In this document: positions 1 to 9,238 of the stretch, in pieces | Numbering within the stretch: position 1 is the first letter of the stretch | Layout of the letters: every line of letters starts with the position of its first letter | NCBI GenBank assembly: GCA_049999805.1 | Contig: JBNGIO010006150.1 | Location: forward strand, 340,393-360,392 | Direction: 5' to 3' | Source of the DNA: Folioceros fuciformis | Lineage: Eukaryota | DNA length: 20,000 bases | Program-made: the position numbers and the translations under genes | Notes under the pieces: model-generated | Told to the model about the DNA's origin: nothing | Database searches by the model: none | Seen by the model: only the letters and a program-made list of their open reading frames with translations

Positions 1-476
1 AAGGGAGAACATAGCGAGCCGTATGTGCAACAGGGCACTGAACGGAGAGTAGTACAGTATACACCTGGTCACAAGAAGATCAAGTTCTTGTAGCAGGGCC
101 TGCGCTATGTTTCACGAAGTTAGAGCCAAGATTGGGCACTTCTGGTTGAGCTGCACAGCATGTCACCAGATATCACAGGGTGACCAGTTTCTACGATGGG
201 CCCACGGCTTTGTTGTGTCTGGGCCCTATGGGGCAGGTCGTGCTCCTGGCTCCTTAGAGGTATCAGGTTGATCCTAATCCAAGTCCAGTGTCGAGAAGAG
301 CTTGGTTTGGTATGATTGCCTCAGTTGGCTCCACCTCTGATGCAGTCAGTATCGTCATCTTCAACTACAGATGCTGCAATGATGTTACTGGTGGACGCAA
401 CTACCTCTGCATACGAATATGAGACGAGTCGTTTTTCTTGGAAGACTGAGCCACCGTCACGTAGCCATCATCCATA
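1..476 (-). pseudogene. Degenerate coding-like remnant, possibly from a transposon (LINE ORF1-like)
   Basis: The minus strand gives protein-like pieces broken by stops and frameshifts: MDDGYVTVAQSSKK / SYAEVVASTSNIIAASVVEDDD / NIAQALLQELDLLVTRCILYYSPF. No intact ORF. The family guess rests only on the SYAEVV-type motif. Confidence 0.2.
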
Positions 477-903
477 AGGTGAACCTTCGGGAAGTTCGGA
501 ATTGAACTTCGGTGACGGAGGTACTCGTTGTGCTGAAAAGTAAATTTCTTCTTTGTATCTGAATGCAGACCGAGGGTGATACCTTGATCTAACTATTGTT
601 TTCAGGTGAACAAGAGAGAAACCTTTGTAAATTGAAGTATTTCGAACTCGCTGGAAAACGGCCTTAATACGTGTACAATTATTTTTAAAACCACTATAAG
701 TGTTTTAGTCCCGTGTCGAAGCAGGGGAATTATAGGAATACTGGAATTTAGCGTTGCCACCCTTTCTGCACAGTGCAGACGCAGTCATAGGGAAGCTAAA
801 CGCTGTCGACAATGTTACCTATTCCTCGCCACCCCTGAAATATAGGCGAATAGTCGCAAGCTAAGTCGAGAGTAAGGGAAGGGACACTCTCCACTACATT
901 TGA

Positions 904-1872
904 TCAATATGTGACCCGCACTCCTTGGTATCGCAGTATTTCCCCGATGAGGTCCCCTTTTCCAGAGCCAACATACCGCCCGCACAGCTTACCCTCCTTG
1001 AAGAACAGAAAAGTAGGGACCTCTACCACCTTCATCTTCTTCATAAACTGCACAGTTTCCGGATTCTCGTCCCCCTGCATCCGCGCAAATACCACCGAAC
1101 CTTTCATGTTGTTGGCCAGCTTGATGACAGTAGGATAGACCTTAACACAGGGCCCGCAATGCTTCAGTCCCACGTCCACCACTCCCAGTTGGTCCGCCTT
1201 GGCCGTCTCTGAGAGAAACGCCTCCAGCTCCTGCGCGCCCTTGAGATGCCGCACCGGGACATCGGAGTCGCCATAGTAGAGCACATCTCCCGTCAGAATA
1301 TCAGCGTCTATGCCTTGCTCCTCACGCATCTTCTCCTCATGAATCTTCTCCTGGTTCTTGTAGAAAACAAAATGCGGCACCTTTTTCACCCCGGCGCGAC
1401 TGCACAGCGTCCTGGTGTCCTCGCACTCATCTCCCATCACAAGCAGGAACTCCACATCCTGGCAAGTCCGGCTCAGGCTGACCACAGCCGGGTAGATTTG
1501 CTGGCTGGAGGAGCTCCCAGTGGTCGCGTACTCTACCACCACAAGTTTCGTCCCCGCCTTCTTCAACGCCGCATCGAAATCCTTCACAGTATGGATCCTC
1601 CGGACTCTTGCACCCTCCTCCTCCCGCGACGAAGATGACGGCGCCTGCGCAATCCCCTCTGACTCTTCATACGCTCTGGTCCTCACACTCTCTCGCCGTA
1701 CGATCTTGCCGCTCCTCCGATCCACAATTTCCCCCCTTACAGGAGCAGTAGCATGAATCGGAAGGCGCACGAAGGACAAACCAGCGCCACCGCCGCTCAA
1801 ACTTGAGGACTTGGTCTGCACGTTGCTGAACAGCGACGACACACGCACCAGGGACTGCGAACAAACCTCCAT
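904..1872 (-). CDS. CDSP32: Chloroplastic drought-induced stress protein of 32 kDa (two-domain thioredoxin), intronless, 322 aa
   Basis: ATG 1872, TGA 904-906. Ser/Arg-rich transit peptide. The N-terminal Trx module has an SxxS pseudo-site (GSSSSQQIYP). The C-terminal module has the diagnostic VGLKHCGPCVKVYPTV and ends GRYVGSGKGDLIGEILRYQGVRVTY. Confidence 0.96.
   Translation of the reverse strand: MEVCSQSLVRVSSLFSNVQTKSSSLSGGGAGLSFVRLPIHATAPVRGEIVDRRSGKIVRRESVRTRAYEESEGIAQAPSSSSREEEGARVRRIHTVKDFDAALKKAGTKLVVVEYATTGSSSSQQIYPAVVSLSRTCQDVEFLLVMGDECEDTRTLCSRAGVKKVPHFVFYKNQEKIHEEKMREEQGIDADILTGDVLYYGDSDVPVRHLKGAQELEAFLSETAKADQLGVVDVGLKHCGPCVKVYPTVIKLANNMKGSVVFARMQGDENPETVQFMKKMKVVEVPTFLFFKEGKLCGRYVGSGKGDLIGEILRYQGVRVTY
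1321..1350. repeat. 15-nt in-frame tandem duplication inside CDSP32
   Basis: ctcacgcatcttctc / ctcatgaatcttctc, 13/15 identical, encoding EKIHE-EKMRE. Confidence 0.75.
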
Positions 1873-2955
1873 CTACTCGCGAAAATGTCAGATCCTCGTC
1901 TCCGTCTCCAGCCCTGGCTTCCTAATCCTCGAGCCGCGGCCTCTAGAAGCTCATCCTCCTCTCCCCTTTCGCCTTGGCTGGTGCAGGCTCTGACCTCCTA
2001 TCCAGTCTCCTCCTGTCCCGCCCTAGCTTCCGATGGCTCAAACCGCGGAGTTGCTCCGCCAGGGGCAACAGGAAATGCAGTACGAGTTGTTGTATTCCTC
2101 ACGTACTAGTCTCAACGACGCACTGAAACCGGCAGGAATACTAGAAGAATGCTCCACACAGCCAGCCTACGCGACAGTCGATCAAAGCACAAGAGAATGG
2201 TTGTTCTCAACGCCACAATCCTCTAACACTGTGAGGCTCTCAGCACACTCCCCTGTAGCCGTTCCGAGCTCCGGAGTCAGACGCTGTCTAAGATACTTCC
2301 ATCTGGTAAAAGTGCACCTGGAGAATTCCAGGCCCACAACGTTCCTAGTTGTCTATAGCGGCAGGGTCCAATGGTGCAACAGACACTTTGCTGGATTCCA
2401 CCTCCAAGATCGGATTGGACCACGTAGCCATTCCGTACGACATTTCTTGTTCGATACTTCACGCAAACGTCGCGTGTAAGGTAATGAGAGGTGAGATTTT
2501 AGCTAGTCCACGCACAGCACTGGATAAACATTGTGTTCTCGTAACGGAATGGGTACCGGGCATACGAGCCGAGGACGAGAGAACGGGCACCTCGTCCGTT
2601 ATTCCGTTATCGGTCGGCCCTAACGCGCTCCGGGTTCGGGCTGTTTCGTAGGGATGTGTCTGCGCCCATGCACGTTGGGGAGCTGCATTTTGTTGAAGAA
2701 GCGAAGCTGGTGACGGAAATTGTGGCACATTGTTGCTGTAAATTCCGTAGTTGTGTCTTTCTCGAGCTGGGAACATGTTGTTTGCGGTGTGAAGAATTTG
2801 TGACGGAGAGCTATGACGCTGATGGTTATGGATCGGGCGCGGGCGGGCATGCTGGGCGTTCGTTCTGCACTTTGTGCGGATGCTTGCCCTGGGTAGTTGG
2901 TCTGAGGTTAGGCGTTGGGAACGTGGTGGGGTTGTTATCTGGATGAGATCCGGAG

Positions 2956-5900
2956 ATGGCACTCATGGCTGTGTCTATCATCCGACACCGTGCTCAGCAT
3001 GCAGTGAGAATTTTTGAGGCTGCCTCACATCTGGCATCGAGGAGACTATGGGTGAGGGATGTGCGGACGTGGTCCAGCCTGTGGTGCAGATCATGCTCCT
3101 CTGCGGCTTTTCAAGACGCGCATGGCAGGGATGACCTAAATCTCACGCAGTACCCTCCTGCGCTGATCAGAAATTTTTCAATCATAGCGCATGTGGATCA
3201 TGGCAAGTCCACACTTGCCGATCGGCTGCTGGAGCTCACGGGGACGATTAGGAAGGGGCTTGGGCAGCCTCAGTATCTCGATAAGCTGCAGGTAGGAAGG
3301 TGCTGGAATTTCAGTGATTTCTGGTTGTGGTGACTAGGGGGGCGGGCCTGGGAGCTTATGTTGGTTTTTCTGAAGAGTGGGTTGTTGATCGAGTTGCTTG
3401 TTTGAAGTAGGTGGAAAGGGAGAGAGGGATAACAGTGAAAGCCCAGACAGCTACCATGTTCTTCAACCACTCTGCGGCTGATGGTTCTAAGTCTCGATAT
3501 TTGCTTAACCTTATTGACACCCCGGGGCACGTGGATTTCAGCTATGAGGTTTCCAGATCTCTGGCAGCGTGTCAGGGGGTCCTGCTTCTAGTGGATGCCT
3601 CACAAGGGGTTCAGGCGCAGACGGTGGCTAACTTCTATCTGGCATTTGAGGCCGATCTCACCATCATTCCTGTCATAAACAAGATTGATCAGCCCAATGC
3701 TGATCCTGGCGGTGTGAAGACCCAGCTTAAGAACATATTTGACATCAATCCCGATGATGTTCTGTTGACCTCTGCAAAAACAGGAGAAGGTCTTCCGAAA
3801 GTTTTGCCTGCTGTCATCGAGCGCATCCCACAGCCTAGTGGCTCAGCAGATGCACCCCTCAGAATGCTTTTACTGGACTCTTACTATGATGAGTACAAGG
3901 GTGTGATCTGCCATGTCGCAGTTGTAGACGGGGTGCTGAGGAAAGGAGAGAAAATTTCATCAGCTTCCACTGGGCAGGATTACGAAGCTATGGATGTTGG
4001 AATTATGCATCCAGAGCTCAAAGCGACAGGCATTCTTTTGACAGGACAGGTGGGATATCTTGTCACAGGAATGCGCTCTACACAAGAGGCCCGTATTGGA
4101 GACACTTTGCATCGTGTCCGAAGTGTCGTTGTTCCTCTGCCTGGTATGGTTTGCCAGCCACTGCTGTTATAGCTTTTGGATGAAGTATGGACTTATCTGA
4201 TGAACTACTTCTGGCTGTTCTATCATGTAGGATTCAAGCCAGCAAAGCACATGGTATTTGCAGGAGTCTATCCAGCTGATGGGTCGGACTATGATGCACT
4301 TTGTGCAGCCATCGAAAGGCTGACGTGTAATGATGCAAGTGTTTCAGTTACGAAAGAAACAAGTGGAGCTCTCGGGATAGGATTCAGGTAGAATTTGTCG
4401 TTCACACTGGCCTTGCACCTCAACCTCTTCCTTCAGCATCAGATTTCTCTGTATTCCAACCCGCATTGCAATGCCCTTCGGGTTGATGGGTTGCTCACAC
4501 TTGTCTCTCCTCTGCCTGTCATAGATGTGGGTTCTTAGGATTACTTCACATGGATGTCTTTCATCAGCGGTTAGAACAAGTAAGGCAATGCAAGCATATC
4601 TCCAAGCACATATCTTCCTCATCCATCTCTTTTCAAGCATATGCGTCTGTTTTGGATCAACAGGAGCATGGAGCCCGAGTGATAACAACCCATCCAACGG
4701 TCCCATACATTTTTGAGTATGATGATGGAAGGTACTCCTTCTTTAGCCTCTGTAGGCCTTCCGGGAGCAATAGATCTGGCACATTTGAGATCTTACGCCC
4801 GATACCCTTTGGCTGTGCAGCAAGATAACTGTGCAAAACCCAGCTAGCTTGTCGTCAGGTTCTGGGAAACGACTGGTCACATGCTGGGAACCAACAGTGA
4901 ATGCCACCATCATCACTCCCAGTGAGTAAGCCCCACGGCACACTCGTTTCTGAACCGTTGGTCGTGTCCTTGTCACTCTGATGCTGCATAAGTTTCAGGA
5001 AGTACCTGCTCTAAGCTTGCAGGCTATGCCTATCCAGGTATATTGGAAGTTTAATCACTCTCTGCTCAGAGAGGAGGGGTGAACAAACCGAACACACCTT
5101 CATCGACGGGTACGTTTCTTGTGATCCGTGCTGCCTCCGGCTTGCTCATGATCTTCCAAAGGAACTGATCTTCTTGCGGCACCACCTCACCCAGACAGCG
5201 GGCTATGCTAAAGTATAAACTTCCATTGCGTGAGGTTGTGGTCGACTTCTACAATCAGCTGAAGGGCATGACTTCAGGCTATGCATCCTTTGACTATGAA
5301 GAAGCAGGGTAAGTCCTATCCATAGTCTCAGTTTCTTTCCAGTGGATCTCTTGACTGTTAATCGTGGAGTCGTGATCGATCATTTGCCTTGGAACAAACC
5401 TTGCAGATATCAAGCTGCTGATCTTGTAAAGCTCGATGTCATGCTGAACGGCCAAGTCGTCGATGCACTCGCTACAATCGTGCATCGGTCAAAATCTCAG
5501 CGCATCGGCCGTGAGCTCGTTGAAAAGCTCAAGAAAGTGATTGACAGGTCAGCGAGTCGTCCACATGTGCTATACTTTCCATGCTGATAAGTTGCAAAAT
5601 CATCCCGTTCTGCACTCTGTCTTAGTGGTTATCTCTCCCTGTACACTGATGCAGACAAATGTTCGAAGTTGCCATCCAAGCAGCCATAGGCTCTAAAGTC
5701 ATCGCTCGGGAGACGTACGTTTATTTCCTGTATTCCCTTCCCCTCCAACTCTCGTAAACAACAACATAATGATTGACCGTCTACGATGTGTTCCCAGGAT
5801 CTCTGCAATGCGGAAAAACGTGCTGGCCAAGTGCTACGGAGGTGACGTTACCCGCAAGAGAAAACTCTTGGAAAAGCAGAAGGAAGGGAAGAAGCGGATG

Positions 5901-5960
5901 AAACGCGTGGGCTCTGTTGACATCCCGCAGGAGGCTTTTCATTCTCTGTTACAGACATGA
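2956..5960 (+). CDS. GUF1: Translation factor GUF1 / EF-4 (LepA) homolog, mitochondrial, 11 exons, ~667 aa
   Basis: Exons 2956-3291, 3411-4143, 4231-4387, 4525-4579, 4664-4731, 4821-4925, 5038-5109, 5195-5308, 5407-5547, 5655-5714, 5798-5960. All introns GT-AG and frame-consistent (2004 nt). Motifs: [61 protein letters not shown], and the LepA C-terminus [30 protein letters not shown]. Arg/Ser/Ala-rich presequence. Confidence 0.96.
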
Positions 5961-6359
5961 CGATACTGGTACACCATGACCCTCACTGTCCGCGGCTGTC
6001 AAACAGTCGTCCGATACACGCAAGTGAGGCATGCGAGACAATTCTGACAGCATCAAGAAAGACAACAAACCCCCAAGGTGGAGACCTCATCCCACAAACC
6101 GGAACCATGTCCAGATCTCGTGGTCGTAACCTCAATCGAGCAGCAAGAGCGCCTTTTCACTCGTATGGCGTGCAGACCCGATTCAATTCGCGGCCGGCAT
6201 TCCTCGTCTCGCTGGTCACTAACCCTCTGGGACTCGAACTCTTTTCGCCATTCTGCGATCAGGCGCTTTAACTTCCTGACGAGGGTGATTGTATCTTTTT
6301 TTGAATACAGGCCGCAATTTGATTTTATCCCTGACGCGTACGTTCCACTGGTCTGCCTA

Positions 6360-8480
6360 GTTTTTAAGTAGTATATACAAGCATTTTTCAATCGTAATAT
6401 TGTACAAAATCTAGATCATGTGTGAATTGTTTCAATGTTATTTGTTTTACAGTTTAGATTGGATTTCCTCAAAATATATAATTTTATGATTTTTAGGTTT
6501 TTTTAATTATTTAAATAATTACTCAGCATCGCCCTAAAATATTGCTTGGAAAATATTGTAAAAGATGAATGTCCTTTTATTATGAATGGCTTAGACACAC
6601 CATGGTCTAAGATTTTAAGTTCACAATAAGAAAAAAAGTAATTTGTACATCCAAGTGAACTAAACTATATTCATTCTTTTCTTGCTATCCATTTTTTACT
6701 ACTTACTATGAGCAACATGAAATGTAATAGATATGCTAAACTTGTTTTAGGATATAATAATAAATATACAATATTTTTAGATTCAAAATTATATTATTTT
6801 TGCTGAAAGTAAAAAACATTAACTTTATTGCAACAATGCTACAAAATTATTATACTTGCAAATCTCACTGGGCTATGGTTGCAACACATGAAGAGTCTTG
6901 ATTGTTCAAAATAAGAGGGTCTTCACAATCAAAACTAAACCCAAAACCTTTAGCAGTTTGAACATATCTGGTAAGAATGTCTTGTGTTACTGTGGAGTTC
7001 CTTGAAAGTATGGACAATGCTTTCCTCACATCTCCATTTGTATTTTCAATGCAAGAATATGTCAAGGCTGATTGATATCCTTGGCTAGGTATACCATCCA
7101 AAGCCAAAATCCAAAAGGGAGATTGCTTGGACGCATTAGCTTCATTAGGAAAAGTGACGTTGAGCTTTCCATATGATGTAATATTTTGCATAGCTGATCC
7201 AACTTGAGTCACAATAGTGCTTTGGTTACTTTGATCAAGATTGAGTAAGCCTAAGGCAACCTCAACACTAGCCAGGCTGACATGAATCTTTGTTGCCTTT
7301 GCCAAGATTGCTTGTTCTTGGCTACTAAGTTCCACTATCGCTTTCCACAATTGGCTGATCAACTCAAACGGTGGAGGATTGATACCTTTACTTGGAGTTG
7401 GAGTTAACAAGGAAGAAGCAACCTGAACAAGTACATGGTGACCACATTGTATGAAGTACTGATAAATAGTTCTTCATGTAAAGAAAGTTTTGACAAAGTT
7501 ATGGTGACCAGTACCTGTACTACGCTAGCCCGAGCAACACCCACTTGGGAAACAAATGAGGAAATGTTACTTAATATATCACGAATTGCAGAAATAGATG
7601 CTTGGATGTTGTTTACAATGGCGACTCTTGAGCTGATGTTGTCACTCGTATGCACAGCTAATTCTTGAATGATGCTGACATTTTTAGCAAGAACATCTAG
7701 AGATGCTTGAATTTGTTGGCCATTGGTAGTTATCTTCGAAGATGCATTGGACAAAGTAGCTGCTTCTATTGGGTGTACCAAGGCCAATGATGCAGCAAGT
7801 GTCCCAAGCTGTAGTATGTTTTTGCATAAAATGTAGATTAAGTTTTGATGAAACATATTAGGTGCATCAAATGATATTTTTTGAAAGTAGAGCAAACAAG
7901 GAAGTAACTTACTTGAGCACTAGTCTGTGTGATTTGTGCAGTTGGACCAAGGAGGTCACATATTTTCCTAGCAGCACTGCAAACTCTCCTTGTTCCACTT
8001 CCAATGGATTTCAACCCAAAGGTGGCAACAAGACCTGTCACTTGTACAGCTTTATTCAGCACTTTAAGTTGAGCGGGCGTCTCTCCAATAATTCCAATGT
8101 CAACTAATGTGTAATTGACTTGTTGACAGTTTCGTCCTGCCTCAACTTGGAGTTTGCTTTGTCCTGTCCTCCCAATTTCATACCATGTCCCAACAAAGAA
8201 CCGAAGGTCTACTAAATCAAATGTACTGACTGTTGGACAAGATGGATGAGCAACTTCATTGCTGCAGAAAGGTTGAGTAAGAAGTTTAGGAATAGAAATC
8301 CCAGGTGATGGAAACTGCAGGCTCGGAGGATTTGGAGATGGCTGAGCCCAGATGAACTTTAGTGGAGATAAAAGAGTTGTGCATAAGAGCAATGAAAGAA
8401 GCAGACTCTTAGAGAGCTGAATTGTTGTAGACATTCTCATTAAAGTACTAAGCGCTCTAAGAAAAGTTGTACCACAATTC
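6360..8480. other. AT-rich, CpG-depleted compositional island
   Basis: Sampled 60-nt lines give ~20% GC at 6481-6540 and 30-43% GC within the lipocalin gene, against roughly 50% in the flanks. A hand count finds only about 17 CpG in 6841-8460. Borders are fairly abrupt. Confidence 0.8.
6865..8440 (-). CDS. Secreted ApoD/Blc-like lipocalin with a large predicted helical insertion, 3 exons, ~459 aa
   Basis: Exons 8440-7913, 7808-7515, 7422-6865. Two phase-0 GT-AG introns (caa|gtaagt...tacag|ctt; cag|gtactg...ttcag|gtt) join three ORFs into one frame. Signal peptide KSLLLSLLLCTTLL...IWA|Q. SCR1 DLRFFVGTWYEIG, then CQQVNYT and LKVLN. The C-terminal half has GKLNVTF, PFWILALD..YQSALTYSC (SCR2-like), ILSR (SCR3) and NQDSSC. 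Ten N-x-S/T sequons. Confidence 0.85.
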
Positions 8481-9238
8481 TCTACCTTCTATCCACCTTG
8501 TTTAGCTGGAGAGAACAGCAGTGGTACCAACCACATTCAAACAAGCGTCACTGCAACTCGGGGCCATGGAGAGGAGCGTAAAACGTGGTAAGAGACCAGG
8601 GTGATACGGAAGAGGAGAGGTTTGGAATTTGATTTACTTCTTAACCCACAGAAGCGGTTTACGGTTAGACTAGTGGGAGTTGGTCACGGCACCCCGTAAA
8701 GTGCAATTCGGACAGAACGGGACGGAGGATGCTTGAGGGGGAAACAGTTAGGTGGGCGGAGCCACGCAGCTCTGTGTCGCTAACGCTTGCATTCCGTCCG
8801 TCTCGGAAGGTGCTCGTGAGAGATTACACTCTTCCACTACTGGATGTGAAAGTATCTGGAGGAATTTGGCCAATGCACAGAGTTCAGATCCAGTTGTTGG
8901 ATGATGTCCAGGAATGTAAGGATGCTGAGCCTCTCGGCCTTCGAAGTGTTCCTTCCATGCGCTTCTGAACATCGGGAGCAAGGAAATTTTCCTTGTCCCC
9001 TGCTTTTGGCTGGTTTGCGCTAGATCCAGGAAGCGGTGAAGCCAGTGCTTGTCACGATGAGTGTCGACGTTCTGCCAGGATTTCTTGATGATTGTTTTCC
9101 GGAGATTGTGAGGCAAGGAAGATAGTGCCGGGCTTCGTCTACAGTGCAGCTGTTGACTGGCGCAAGGTGGCAAGATTTGTGCTTTCATCGTAGTCACTCG
9201 GAGTGAAGAGCGGAGAAGTGTACCTTGGCAGGCACAGG

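Noticed and set aside
491-510. Hairpin gaagttc-ggaatt-gaacttc
   Set aside because: Only a 7-bp stem, expected by chance.
2033-2962. Several overlapping 60-170 aa ORFs between CDSP32 and GUF1
   Set aside because: No motifs or consistent splice structure. Better explained as promoter and UTR sequence.
6053-6391. 112-aa minus-strand ORF with a helical-looking stretch (RKLKRLIAEWRKEFESQR)
   Set aside because: It starts at a non-ATG codon, has no recognisable family and lies in the GUF1 3' region.
6340-8530. Transposon or Helitron termini around the lipocalin island
   Set aside because: A ctag near 6357 and weak ccactgg/cagtgg similarity are insufficient. No supporting hairpin, TIR or TSD was found.
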